A DNA stretch of 64,000 nucleotides from contig OX597833.1 of NCBI GenBank assembly GCA_951406725.2, forward strand, positions 54,312,001-54,376,000, given 5' to 3'. The position numbers were made by a program, and so were the translations under genes. Origin of the DNA: Octopus vulgaris. Taxonomy: Eukaryota. The stretch's first letter is position 1; every line of letters begins with the position of its first letter. This document shows positions 40,190 through 53,766 of the stretch, in pieces. The notes below the pieces were generated by a model that was given only the letters and a program-made list of their open reading frames with translations, was not told where the DNA came from and ran no database searches.

Positions 40190-41156
40190 TATATGCATAT
40201 AAGTATGTGTAGGTGTTTGTGTTACTGTTTCCTTCTTTGATATAATATGAGAGTTGTAAATGAGTATTACCATATTACCATCATGGCGTCATTCCTTTTC
40301 AATCTTCTTTGGAAAAACCTTGTCTGGTCATGGGAAGACATTACCCTGCTTGGAAACAGACAAATGTTGGCAACAGAAGAGGCATCCATCTGTAAAAAAA
40401 ATTCCAATTCAACAAATTCTGTCTGACCCGTGTAAGCATGGAAAAGTGGACATGAAATGATGATGATGGTGAGGATGATGATAATGACGATGATGACGAA
40501 GATGAAGATTGATGATAACGTTGATGACAATGATGATGATAATGACAATGACGACGTGACGATAACAATGACGATGACACTGACAATGACAAGGGCAATA
40601 ACGATGCTGGCAATGATATTAAAAACCTAATATTTTTTGCTGTGTCTGGGGAGAGTCATTTTCTTTTTGTGCCTTATAATGATATTTTTTTTTTCCTTCT
40701 TAAACTCTGAAATTCTTCAATACTTTTGAAGGTTGGCAGTTCTCCCGGATTCCTATATGCAAGAATCACATAGAAATTGAGTGTTGATGATACATTGATG
40801 TATTTTTGATACGACTTTAATAGCACATCACGTTAAGGTCACTTTTTTTTTCTCTTCTTACAAATTCTTAAGAGAGTTTTTCCAATTTTTAATCTGATCA
40901 TAATCAAACACCAAGAATTTAAACTAATTTTTTGGGTTTTTTTTTTTTTGCAATGCTATTAGCTGATTCATTAAATATATTTTATCACCAATAATAATTG
41001 AGAGATCTGAAGTTTATGCATTTTCAAAGGATCAAGTCGTTCATTTTTGTTTGTCGATTCAGTTGCAATTAACAGTGTCTGCATGTAATTTACTTTAAGT
41101 GTTATTAATAATTGTGTTTAATTCAGTAACAAAGCCTATTATTTTTATCAGCAAAA

Positions 41157-41580
41157 AGGCGGCGAGCTGGCAGAATTGTTAGCACGCCGAGCAAAATGCT
41201 TAGCGGCATTTTCTCAGTCTTTGTGTTGAGTTCAAATTCTGCCAACATCAAATTTATCTTTCATCCTTTTGCAATTGATAAAATAAGTACCAATTGAACA
41301 TTGGGGTTCAATATATATTTCTTTACTACCCACAAGTGGCTAAACACAGAGGGGACAAACAAGGACAGACAAAGCGATTAAGTCGATTCCATCGACCCCA
41401 GTGCGTAACTGGTACTTAATTTATCGACCCCGAAAGGATGAAAGGCAAAGTCAACCTCGGAAATTGGGGTTCAATATAATGGACTTACCCCATTACTTGA
41501 AAATTACTGGCCTTGTGCCAAAATTTGAAACCATTATTATTATCACTAAAATTTCAGGCCTTGTGCCTGTCATAGAAAAG
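41157..41580 (+). mobile_element. SINE family B with a nested opposite-strand family B copy
   Basis: aggcggcgagctggcagaattgttagcacgccg head; ttggggttcaatata occurs on both sides of the insert at ~41318-41462. Confidence 0.8.
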
Positions 41581-41719
41581 ATTATTATTATTATTATTAT
41601 TATTATCTTAATCTGCGTGTCTGATGCAATCACTTGCCAGGTCACATCCAGTACCTCGGGGCAAGAGAAGGTTAAGTGATGTTTAAGCATAGCTGAAAGT
41701 TTGGGGAGGGGAAGTGGGG

Positions 41720-42045
41720 AGAGCCGTACAAAAATATATTCATACATTACAACACAGTACAAACATTTAAGTCGACACGGTTTTTCTAATGATCCAGGTG
41801 GTATTTGTCAACACAATCTTTTAGACTTCTGTGAGATATGGTTCTCCTGGGATGTTTTCTAAACGTTTCTAATATCTCTTTCTTTTTTAACCATACCAAA
41901 GAAACCTACAATAATAAGGGCAATTTTGGCTTCAAGATACCACATTTTATGTGACTAAGTTTGTCTAATTTCTTAACAGATATATTCATATCAGTGGGAA
42001 CACTTACATCTATCAGTTTACAAGTACTTTCTTCCCTGTCTGTAT
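41720..42045 (-). pseudogene. R4/Dong-like non-LTR restriction-like endonuclease C-terminal fragment abutting (TAA)n
   Basis: DREESTCKLIDVSVPTDMNISVKKLDKLS... homologous to 45530-45793. Confidence 0.7.
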
Positions 42046-42046
42046 A

Positions 42047-42105
<59 letters not shown>

Positions 42106-42144
42106 CATTATCATCATCATTATTACTATTATTATTATTATTAC

Positions 42145-42184
<40 letters not shown>

Positions 42185-42248
42185 TACTTGCTGCCATTGA
42201 TCCAAATACTTACTGGAACATTAAGGGATGATAGGCAATGCTGATTGA

Positions 42249-42292
<44 letters not shown>

Positions 42293-42324
42293 TTTATTTA
42301 TCATTAATTATATATATATGTGTA

Positions 42325-42477
42325 GGTACAGGAGTGGCTGTATCGTAGGTAGCTTCCTTTCCAACCACATGGCTCCGGGTTCAGTCCCACTGTATGGCAA
42401 GTGTCTTCCACTATAGCCTCGAACCAACCATAGCCTTGTAAATGGATTTGGTAGACAGAGACTGAAAGAATCCCATC

Positions 42478-42515
<38 letters not shown>

Positions 42516-42725
42516 TTCTACATCTATGTTTGTCCCCCCACCATTGTTTGACAACCGAAGCTGGTGTGCTTATGTCCCCATAACCTAGCGGTTTGGCAAA
42601 AGATACTGATAGAATAAGTACTAGGCTTACAAAGAATAAGTCCTGGGGCTCGATTTGCTCGACTAAAAGGCGGTGCTCCAGCATGGCCGCAGTAAAATGA
42701 CTGAAACAACTGAAAGAATAAAAGA
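42325..42725 (+). mobile_element. SINE family A, full length
   Basis: Head, internal (TG)n and tail all present. Confidence 0.92.
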
Positions 42726-43016
42726 ATTTATATTTGAATGGATTTAAAAGCCAAACATTTAATTTAATAAATATATAGCTTTTATTGTTTTTATTTTTCT
42801 TGAAATTTTCAAATCCAAAAGATCATTTTCAAAATGGAGATTAAGCAATAAATAGATAAATAATTGAGAGAGTGAATACAATGGAAAAAACTGAAGCAGA
42901 CAAACAGGCAGACATCTCCATTGCTTCTGTCAAAACCTTGAGAGCAGCCAGGAGAAAGAGTTCAATAGATGACAGACGTAGTAGCTGTAGAAATGCAGAA
43001 ATACCCTCTGATCAGG

Positions 43017-43056
<40 letters not shown>

Positions 43057-43088
43057 ATAAATAATTCTTGTTGTTGTTGTTATTATTA

Positions 43089-43148
<60 letters not shown>

Positions 43149-43266
43149 TTATTAAGAAATATATAAGTAGAAGAGTGTCATAGTTGTCATGTGAAATTGC
43201 TTGATATAATAATATTATAATTATTATCATATACCTCGTTCAGAGATATATTATTGATAATAATAC

Positions 43267-43300
<34 letters not shown>

Positions 43301-43519
43301 GTTATTATTATTGTTATTGTTATTATTATTATTGTTATTGTTATTATTATTATTATTGTTATTATTATTATTATAATTATTATTGTTATTATTATTATTA
43401 GCTTTTTACTAAACACATTATTTAGCTCTCAAATCCATTTATTTCTTATATATCACAATTCTTCAAATTTAATCTCAAAACTTCAAGGCAACCTGTTCGT
43501 ATATATATATGTACCTTTC

Positions 43520-43592
<73 letters not shown>

Positions 43593-43649
43593 CACACACA
43601 CACAGATATATATGTATATGTATGCTTGCATGTATATAAGTATATAGAT

Positions 43650-43685
<36 letters not shown>

Positions 43686-44057
43686 CACACACATATATAT
43701 ACATGTACAAATTCATGCCTATACATGTTTACATAAAATTAGAACCAAACTGAATACATTGAAACAAAAAATGAATTGTTTGGGAGAAGGTTGAACAGAA
43801 AAAACAAAAAGAAATAAAAGAAGAAAAGAATAACTGACCCCCACCCCACCTCACCCCACCCCTACCTGCCACCTCACCCATTAGACCTCATTTGCTTGAT
43901 ATCCCTAATTTGAATAGAAATCCATAAAAGGAAAAGTCTGAGACAAACTGACTCCAATGATTTTTTGGGGGTGGGTGCGGGGTGGTGGTGGTGGTGGGGT
44001 GAAGGTGGGAAAGTAATAAAAAAATACAATAAAAACAAAAATAAATATATAATCCTA

Positions 44058-44089
<32 letters not shown>

Positions 44090-44209
44090 TAAAAATAAAT
44101 AAATAAAAAAATAAAAAAATAAATGAATAAATGAATAAATAAATAAAAATAAATAAAAATAAATAAAAATAAATATATAAATGCATGCAGGAAAATAAAT
44201 AAATATGGC

Positions 44210-44612
44210 AAAAGGTCATGTGATCCATAAAAGTTAAAGAACGAAGCGTGAATATGGCTAAATTGCAGATTAATCCATAAAACCAAAGTCTTGTCTTTCC
44301 TATGTGCTGTCAAACCTTATATTTTGTTTACAATTTAATCGCCCTACAATCTAATCAAACCCATAGATTATTCAGTTATTTTTTTTATGACGAATGCACA
44401 TTTTTTTTTTTTTTCCCCTTTTTTTCCGTTTTTTTTTCCCCCTACATTTTCTCAACTCATAATTCCTTACCGCTAGCTTTATGCATTTTATATTTTATAG
44501 TTAACGCCTCTGTACAGATTGCATTCTTAATATGGATTTAACACGTTATATTTACAATTTAGCTGTATGCGTGCTTCCCTTCTTATAAATTTTATGGACC
44601 ACATGGCCTTTT
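44210..44612. repeat. Old inverted repeat (~60-bp arms, ~280-bp spacer)
   Basis: aaaaggtcatgtgatccataaaa...ggctaaattg versus caatttagctg...ttttatggaccacatggcctttt. Confidence 0.7.
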
Positions 44613-44868
44613 GACTTACATGTATATTTTCTGTGTGCCTTTATTTTATTATCGTTGAGCCGGCAGGATTGCTAATGCATTGCAAGAAATGCTTAGTGGC
44701 GTCTCTCCTGACTCTTTATATATTCTGAGTTCAAATCTCACCAAAGTTGACCTTGTCTTTCATTCTTTCAGGGTCAATAAAATATAGCACAATTTGAGTG
44801 TTGTGGGATAATGTAATTAACTGTACTCATTCCACTAAAACTAAAAACTTTGTGCCAAAATTAGAAAC

Positions 44869-45331
<463 letters not shown>

Positions 45332-45361
45332 TCATCATCATCATTATTATTATTATTATTA

Positions 45362-45810
45362 TTTTCCTTCTTTCTTCAAATTTTCTTCCATTTCTTGCCG
45401 AGTGTTTTCTGTACACCTAGTGCAGAGAAGCTCATTGTATGCATTCCCAGATTGCACATGCAAATTCACAGGTAAAATATGTATTTAAAAAAATTAATAA
45501 ATAAATAAATTCATGAATGGACATTGTTTTCACAGCGATAATGCTCTTCTCAATACATGAGTCCTTCCAGTTAATATGATTTTTTGCACTTCCTGTATCA
45601 TTTTCAAATAGGTTTCAGTTCCTTTTTTTTTTATCATTCCTAGAGATCCTACAATCACTGGTACTGTAGTCGTCTTGAGATGCCACATTTTCTCAATTTC
45701 TATTAGCAAGTCTTTATAATTACTGATCTTGTCAAATTCTTTTGCCACTATATTGTGATCGTAAGGAATACTTATGTCAATTAATAAACACACCTTTTTT
45801 GTCTGATCTT
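45362..45810 (-). mobile_element. R4/Dong-like 3' end (endonuclease tail plus UTR) between TAA tracts
   Basis: CLLIDISIPYDHNIVAKEFDKISNYKDLLIEIEKMWHLKTTTVPVIVGSLGMI...EVQKIILTGRTHVLRRALSL*. Confidence 0.85.
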
Positions 45811-45818
45811 TATTATTA

Positions 45819-45853
<35 letters not shown>

Positions 45854-46135
45854 TAGGCAGTGTAGCTCTTATGTTTATGCCGGTCTAAGGACCTTGTAAT
45901 GAGTGAATGCTTTTTTTAAAAAAAAGGTCCGTAAAATAAGCACCAGCTGAGCCCTAGGGTGAATGTAATCAGCTTAGCCCTTCCCCCAAAATTACTGGTC
46001 TGGTGCTAAAGTTTGTAACCATTTTTATTGTGACAAGGTTTTTATCCAACCCTTTTGTTGCCATACATCTCTGTCGAGAATAAACAATGTTTCAATTAAT
46101 TTTGAAAATAATAATGAATATATGACAGAAAAATA

Positions 46136-46552
46136 GGAGTGGTTGTGTGGTAAGTAGCTTGCTTACCAACCACATGGTTATGGGTTCAGTCCCACTGCGT
46201 GGCACCATGAGCAAGTGTCTTCTACTATAGTCTCAGGCTGACCAAAGCCTTGTGAGTGGATTTGGTAGAAAGAGACTGAAAGAAGCCCATCGTATATATA
46301 TATATGTATGTATATGTATGTATGTGTGTGTGTGTATGTTTGTGTGTCTGTGTTTGTTCCCCCAACATCGTTTGACAACCGATGCTGGTGTGTTAACATC
46401 CCCGTAACTTAGCGGTTCAGCAAAAGAGACCGATAGAATAAGTACTAGGCTTACAAAGAATAAGTCCTGGGGTCGATTTGCTCGACTGATAAGGTGGTGC
46501 TCCAGCATGGCCACAGTCAAATGACTGAAACAAGTAAAAGAGTAAAAGAGTA
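46136..46552 (+). mobile_element. SINE family A, full length, possibly inserted in an old aaccctt...aagggtt-ended element (46048-46688)
   Basis: Family consensus match; flanking short inverted ends. Confidence 0.9.
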
Positions 46553-46754
46553 AGTCAATATCAAACTGGTGAGTAGAACAAATTGCTAGAAAATTTTGGT
46601 GGAAGGGTGTTTTTTGATCACTAAAAATCAGGAAGTTTGTTTCATAATGTCAGGGTCAGTTTCAGACAGGTCTGCATAAAAGGGTTAGCTTACTGCCGCT
46701 GTTGCTACCACCACTGCTGCTGCTGCTTTGTTTGTTTGTTTGTTAGTTTGTTGA

Positions 46755-47110
46755 GTGAAGCAGTCTTCGTCCCTGAGTGGGAGAAGTCCGATACGTGGTC
46801 CTTTGCTATTCGTAAGACCTGCAGAAGAGAGAGCAGGTCAACCCCCGACACCGAGAGCATCGACGTATGGACGAATGCACATCCAGGCTCAGCAGTTGCA
46901 TAGGAAGTCGGGGACAAGAAACAGGAAGAAAGAGTGAGAGAAAGTTAGAGTGAAAGAGTACAACAGGGGTCGCCACCACCCCCTGCCGGAGCCTCATGGA
47001 GCTTTAGGTGTTTTCGCTCAATAAACACATTCAATACCTGGTTTTGGAATCGAAACCGCGATCCTCCGACCGCGAGTTCACTACCCTAACCATTGGGCCA
47101 TTGCGCCTCC
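46755..47110 (-). mobile_element. tRNA-derived SINE (fourth family)
   Basis: Minus head ggaggcgcaatggcccaatggttagggtagtgaactcgcggtcggaggatcgcggtttcgattcc with A-box and B-box; body unrelated to families A and B. Confidence 0.75.
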
Positions 47111-47489
47111 ACTTGCTGCTGCTGCTATCACCACTGCTACTGCTGTTACTACTGCTGCTGCTGCAACATTTTTCAGCTGGTTTTACTGGGGTAGAGTGTG
47201 ATGATGTATTCTTTATTTGACACATTTTTCTAGTTTCCAACATAAAGTAAAAATGTCTGTTAACATGGCTCTGACATAAGTGTCTTCTTTTACACATGCC
47301 GTCTAAAGACTTCTCTAATCATCATATTTTACACTTGCAGAAAATACAATAAAAATTTGTGCTTAATATTGTTCTGACATGTAAGCTCTTTTATATTTCC
47401 TGTCTAAGAAAAAGATAAATTGAATTTTTGTTTTTACTTTCTTATTTTATTTTATTATTATTATTATTTTTTTTTTGTGTGTGTCTAAA

Positions 47490-48140
47490 TATTTTACAGT
47501 TTCAGTCACACAGTAAAAATAAGTGTTAACATAACTCTAATAACACATATCATGGGTGTCTGGTTTGATATTAGCCACCCTGATGTGGTAAAATATTTTT
47601 ATATTCGTCACCATTTCATAGTCTCAGAAGTAAAAATATGTGTTAATATGCCTCTAATAACATACGTTGAGGGGTTTGCTTTGACATTAGCTACCCAGAT
47701 GTGGTAAAATGGTTTTTCTATGCATCACCATTTTACAGCTTCGCAAACAATAAAAATAAGTGTTTGTATAACATGACTCTAATAACATATATTGAGAGGT
47801 TTGATTTGACATTAGCTGCCCAGATGTGGTAAAATGGTTTTTCTATGCATCACCATTTTACAGCTCAACAAACAATAAAAATAAGTGCTTGTATAACATG
47901 ACTCTAATAACATATATTGAGAGGTTTGTTTGACATTAGCTATCCAGATATGGTGAACAGATTTGTCCATGCATCACCATTTTACAGCTCAACAAACAAT
48001 AAAAATAAGTGCTTGTATAACATGACTCTAATAACATATATTGAGGGGTTTGTTTGACATTAGCTATCCAGATATGGTGAACAGATTTGTCCATGCATCA
48101 CCATTTTACAGTTTCAGACACAGTTAAAGTAAGTGTTAAT
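47490..48140. repeat. Tandem repeat, ~117-125-bp unit x~5.5, with a further unit near 48900-49030 beyond SINE insertions
   Basis: ccatttt/tcatag-acag at 47611, 47728, 47853, 47977 and 48101; shared catgactctaataacata...tttgacattagc. Confidence 0.9.
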
Positions 48141-48339
48141 GCACCATAATTCTTAACTGGATGAGAATGAATTGTCCATATTCAGTTCAATACAGGACAA
48201 GGGCCAGCACAGTCCCCCACAGTCCAATGTGGGGTTGTGAATTTAAGCTCAAGATCAAACTGGATAGATGAGCCTACTCTGTTACACTGGCTCAACATGG
48301 CTTGGTAGAGAGCTGCAGTTCTTATACTCATTCTCAGGA

Positions 48340-48893
48340 GTAGTTAAGTCAACTGGCACTTATTTTATTGACCCTGAAAGGATGAAAGGTAAAGTCGACC
48401 TCAGTGGAATTTGAACTCAGAATGTGAAGACAGCTGAAATACCCCTAAGCATTTCACTGAACATGCTAGCAATTCTGCCAGCTAGCAACACTTTTACTCT
48501 TTTACTTGTTTCCGTCATGTGACTGCGGCCATGCTGGAGCACCGCCTTTAGTCGAGCAAATCGACTCCAGGACTTATTCTTTGTAAGCCTAGTACTTAAT
48601 CTATCAGTCTCTTTTGTCGAACTGCTAAGTTATAGGGACGTAAACACACAAGCATCAGTTGTCAAGCGATGTTGGGGGGACAAGCACAGACACACAAACG
48701 TATACACACACATACATATATACAAATATACGACAGGCTTCTTTCAGTTTCCGTCTACCAAATCCATTCACAAGGTTTTGGTCGGCCTGAGGCTATAGTA
48801 GAAGACACTTGCCCAAGGTGCCACGCAGTGGGAATAAACCTGGAACCATGTGGTTGGTAAGCAAGCTACTTGTCACACAGCCACTCCTGCACC
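48340..48893 (-). mobile_element. Adjacent SINE family B (48340-48485) and family A (48490-48893)
   Basis: Consensus matches. Confidence 0.9.
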
Positions 48894-49222
48894 TGTACAA
48901 CATGATTCTAATGACATGTATTGAGGGTTTTACTTTGACATTAACTGTCCAAAAGTGGAAAGCTGACTCTTCTCAGCATCACTATTTTTAACTATTTCAG
49001 ACAGTAAAAATATGTATCATGGTCCTAATAACATCACAAATGGTTTGAGCAAGAACAAATACATGGAACGGCATCCGGAAAAAAGGTGGCATCATTTTCA
49101 TTAATCAGCAATGTGTAAAAAAAATATAAAAAGAATTGTCAGGCTAAAGCATTAGAGTTAACAACTATCAAACTTGATGAATAAGAAAATCGGACAATTC
49201 ATTCTTAATGACCCGATACTTA

Positions 49223-49328
49223 TATTGATATTTAGCAGAATTAACAGAGTGACTCAAGGTCTGAGAGTTTCATGCATTGGCATTTATCAAAACTTGAGTC
49301 ACTCTCTTACTTCTGCTAAATATTAATA
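49223..49328. mobile_element. Small fold-back with a hammerhead-like centre (U3-A8 core on minus strand)
   Basis: Arms 49223-49259 / 49293-49328; minus TTGATAA atgc-caat-gcat GAA actc...gagt C actct. Confidence 0.55.
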
Positions 49329-49550
49329 AAAATATACATATACTCAATATTTTGAGTTCTATTTTACTTATTTGCATCACCTATAAGTTTTTTTATATAT
49401 ATATACATATATTTTTGACCTTTTTGTTTATCGCTCGAAGATTGACCATTTTTTCTAAAGGGCCAATCAAACAAGTCCATTTCTTTTTAAAGGTGTAGCG
49501 TTTGTAAGAGTATAGATTGAATTAATATATAAGTTCCATTCTAGCAAAAA

Positions 49551-49592
49551 CTGTCTGATGAACGGCAACGAGAAACTCAGAGTAAAAAACAG
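49551..49592 (+). ncRNA. Minimal hammerhead motif
   Basis: ctgt CTGATGA a cg-gcaa-cg a GAA actc-a-gagt A (aaaa) acag; homologue at 55.6 kb has GTA directly followed by acag. Confidence 0.65.
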
Positions 49593-49625
49593 ATTTTGTT
49601 GAATTTTCTGCTGCTTAAAATAAAG

Positions 49626-49815
49626 TATATAAAATATTAGAAAAAAACCACCTTTTATCAATTCAAAATGAATAATTAAATTACCCCATCTAGAAAATTA
49701 CATATAATAGAAAAGTTAAAATTAAAATAATCAAAATATATGTAATTTTCTAGATGGTGTAATCTAATAATTCCTTTTGAATTGATAAAAGGTGGTTTTT
49801 CTAATATTTTATATA
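49626..49815. repeat. Inverted repeat, ~80-bp arms
   Basis: aaaatattagaaaaa..ccaccttttatcaattcaaaa...tctagaaaattacata mirrored downstream. Confidence 0.85.
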
Positions 49816-49904
49816 TATATCATATTGTATGTAATTTGATTTAGTATTTCTAAGTTGAATTCTTTTTCCTTGTAAGTTTGGATTTTATTCCCTCAAATAA
49901 TAAT

Positions 49905-49977
<73 letters not shown>

Positions 49978-50551
49978 GCCATACCAACAATCCACCATAC
50001 CTCCATCATCAGCTGCCCCACGGATATCATTATGGTTTTGACACCTGGGAAGTACCATTCAATCTGATGGTGTCAACAGCACTAAAATAAGTGTTGTTTG
50101 GGAATAAACATACCTTAGATATCACCACATTCATTCAATCTTAATTCTAGGTATATATATATATATATATATATATATGCATACACATCCTGGGTTCTCC
50201 CATCGTTAGATGACTTATGAGTGTTTGACAATTTCTTGCCAAACAACCACACAGATGATTGGTTTGTAGCAATCAAATGTTTGTGTTTCCATAAGCTCAC
50301 TCTCTTTCCATCAAATCGACATCACCTGTACTGGTGCACCATGTGCTACATGCCAGGTGATGAAAGGATTGTAGAGCAACATGAAATGAAGTGCTTTGCT
50401 CAAGAACACAATGCAACACCCGGTCTGGGAATCAAAACCATGATCTCGCAGTCATGAGTGCAACACCCTAACCACTAAGCCATGCACCTTCACATATACA
50501 TATATGTATATGTATATATATATATTTATATATATATATATATTTATGTGT

Positions 50552-50928
50552 ATCAGCACTGACCACTTCCCAGACCCACATTTTCACACCTACACATACA
50601 CACACGCACACGTCAAGATCACCAGCCCTCTTCCACACACACATACCACTCTCTTATACACACACACATGCACGTCCACCTTCATTTTGGGATCACCACC
50701 ACTTTGTTATCTCCCCTTCTCCCTAGCTCTCCTGTCTGGCCTTCGCCACGATAGATCGCTAGCCACTACACATTCTTTATTTTTCTCTCCTTGTTTCTTT
50801 CTGTGTTCCTTTCTGTGGAAGAGCATAGGCTCGAAACGTTAAAGACTTTTTCACTTCCCGAGTGTTAAACTAATACATCTGTTTGTTGTCTACACCACCT
50901 GCCTTCGTCTTTTTTGTGAATTCTCCCT
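50552..50928 (+). mobile_element. Longer copy of the CUGU-NGA hammerhead element, motif 50809-50844
   Basis: cttt CTGTGGA a gagc-atag-gctc GAA acgt T aaag; same 3' end (ctccc-(TA)n) as 36237-36412. Confidence 0.75.
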
Positions 50929-50947
50929 ATATATATATATATATATA

Positions 50948-51222
50948 AGTTCAGTAAAATTTAGATTCAGTTGAATATGGTACTTAAGTTAAAGGCACCA
51001 GAATTTAGTGTGGTATTATCCATATAATTCAAAATGGGGTGATTACAATCAAAATAAGCAGCAAGGATATCCAGAGGTAATGCAGTACGATCGTTTCATG
51101 CGACTTCATTTAATTGAACAATGCAAATTTTAAACCTGATGTAATATTTGCATTGTTCAGTTAAATGAAGTCACATGAAACGATCATACTGCATTACCTC
51201 TGGATATCCTTGTTGCTTATTT

Positions 51223-51226
<4 letters not shown>
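50948..51226. mobile_element. TA-flanked fold-back element carrying a hammerhead 3' half
   Basis: Arms 51048-51128 / 51146-51226; GAA acgatcgt A ctgca (minus strand of left arm); no CUGANGA located. Confidence 0.6.
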
Positions 51227-51265
<39 letters not shown>

Positions 51266-51824
51266 GCCAACCACTCTTGGTGTGGTTGGCATTAGGAAGA
51301 GCATCCAGCCATAGAAACCATGCCAAATCAGATTAGAACCTGGTGCAATTCCCCAGCTTACTAGTTTCCAGTCCAAGTCCAACCCATGCCAGCACGGAAA
51401 AACAAATGTTCAATGATGATGATTATGATGATGATGATGATGATGATGATATATTATAAGTCTTCATATCATAACAATACATATTTTTCACTGTGAGTCT
51501 CAAACTGCGAAATACTCTAAGAAGAAAACGCAGCTTATCACTCGCTTCTAGACAGGAAACGTAAGAGAATATTAAATGTAGAATTTTGCATCATTTTCCG
51601 TTTGAATAAGTAAAGAAGTGCATCTTAGCATTTTTTTTTAAAGAGTGAGTGTTAAAGCAGACACTCTTTATATCACAGCCGTATTAGCACTTGCCTTTCT
51701 GTTTTTTCTCACACTACAAGCCTGAATCAGCAAAACGTGGCAAATATGAATTAGTTTAAAAGACGGTTAAACCAGCCATCTTTTAGCAGACCTCTCTCTT
51801 ATGTTAGAGCCATTGCTATCATCA

Positions 51825-52235
51825 TCATCATCATTCTTCTTATTCCTCCTCCTCCCCTCCTCCTCTTACTCCTGTTCCTCCTCTTCTCACTCTTCCTCCC
51901 TTCTTCCTCCTCTCCCCTCCCTCTTCCTCCTCTCCCCTCCCTCTTCCTCCTCCTCCCTTTCTTCCTACTCCCCTTCTTCCTCCTCTCTCCTCCCTCTTCT
52001 TCCTCCCCCTTTCGTCCTCCTCCCCTTCTTCCTCCCCCCTTTCTTCCTACTCCCCCTTTCTTCCTCCCCCTTTCTTCCTACTCCCCTTCTTCCTCCTCCT
52101 CTTCTTCCTCCTCTCCCCTCCCTCTTCCTCCTTCCCCTTCCTCTTCCTTTCATCCACTTCTTTTCCTCCTCCTCCTCCTCCACTTTTCCTCCTCTTCTTC
52201 TTCCTCCTCCCCCTATTCTTCTGCTTCTTCCTTTA
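51825..52235. repeat. Polypyrimidine (CCT/CTT) low-complexity tract
   Basis: Directly visible. Confidence 0.92.
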
Positions 52236-52439
52236 CAAATGAGTAAAAAAAAATAAGGAGCCTTACATAGCCTTACATAAATATATTTCAAAAATTTAAC
52301 AAAAACACAACAAAAACAGAATATTTTAGAAATAGAAAAACATGAGAAATGGAAAATTCGTATCTAATTTGTATCAGTCAACGTCCAAAGAATCATTACA
52401 ATTTCATGCCTTTAATGTTGATATTATTCACTTTTGGTA

Positions 52440-52512
<73 letters not shown>

Positions 52513-52536
52513 CACACTTGCACACATTTATAAGTT

Positions 52537-52742
52537 GTTAATTATAAGGTTGGTCATAGAGTGACCAATTATACAGTTAGCGTTATACGATTCACCACTT
52601 AGCTTTATAGACACTTAGGTTTATAGATGATTCATCAGATTCCAATGTCTGTAGCCATTGGAGTCTGACAAGTTGTCTACAAGGCTAAGCACTTTATGGA
52701 TGCGAAACCATTGGTCACTCTATGACCAGCCATATAATTAAC
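52537..52742. mobile_element. Nested hairpin/fold-back with a hammerhead 3' half
   Basis: Outer arms 52537-52569 / 52710-52742; inner cttagc..tagaca/tgtcta..gctaag and tcagattccaatg/cattggagtctga; GAA acca-t-tggt C actct at 52704. Confidence 0.55.
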
Positions 52743-52864
52743 TTCCTCTAATTACATTACTGTTTTAACATTTTGATTGTGCTTCTATTCTGGATATATG
52801 ATCCACTGATGATCATTTCATATATATACTAGTGCAGGAGTGGCTGTGTGGCGCCAGATATATA

Positions 52865-53024
52865 GGCGCAGGAGTGGCTGTGTGGTAAGTAGCTTGCTAA
52901 CCAACCACATGGCTCCGGGTTCAGTCCCACTGCATGGCATCTTGGGCAAGTGTCTTCTGCTATAGCCCTGGGCCGACCAATGCCTTGTGAGTGGATTTGG
53001 TAGACGGAAACTGAAAGAAGCCTG

Positions 53025-53068
<44 letters not shown>

Positions 53069-53294
53069 ATGTGTGTGTGTTTGTGTGTTTGTCTCCCTAG
53101 CATTGCTTGACAACCGATGCTGGTGTGTTTACGTCCCCGTCACTTAGCGGTTCGGCAAAAGAGACCGATAGAATAAGTACTGGGCTAACAAAGAATAAGT
53201 CCCGGGGTCGATTTGCTCGACTAAAGGCGGTGCTCCAGCATGGCCGCAGTCAAATGACTGAAACAAGTAAAAGATAAAAGATAAAAGATAAAAG
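52865..53294 (+). mobile_element. SINE family A, full length
   Basis: Closest to consensus; (gataaaa)n tail. Confidence 0.95.
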
Positions 53295-53295
53295 A

Positions 53296-53692
53296 CTAGC
53301 AGTATCGCCCGGCGTTGCTCGGGTTTGTAAGGGAAATAACTATATAAGCATTTTTAGGAGATGTAAAGTATAATAGCCATCTCAATATGGCTAACCAGAA
53401 AAGGGGGGTGTTACTGTAGCTTTTTACGTTCTGAGATTTAATAATAAATTTTTAGAGAGTTACTTCCCTTATATATGCCAAAAATGCATCAAAAATGGGA
53501 AAAATTGATGGTAAATTTTTTTTTAAATTGCAGACTCATCGTAGACGCGCACTAATACCCAGAAGGGCTCGATATGAATCACGACTACAAGATACCCAGT
53601 TTTGGTTAAACTGCACCGCAAAATGTGGGAGTAGTTAGGAATCTAAATCGTAGGAGACAGACAACACACAACCTTACTTTTATATATAAAGA
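53296..53692 (-). mobile_element. Non-autonomous Helitron
   Basis: Minus 5' TC-tttatatataa; 3' cccgagcaacgccgggcgatactg-CTAG|T. Confidence 0.88.
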
Positions 53693-53699
53693 TATCAGC

Positions 53700-53720
53700 A
53701 TCATCACCACCACCACCACC

Positions 53721-53766
<46 letters not shown>

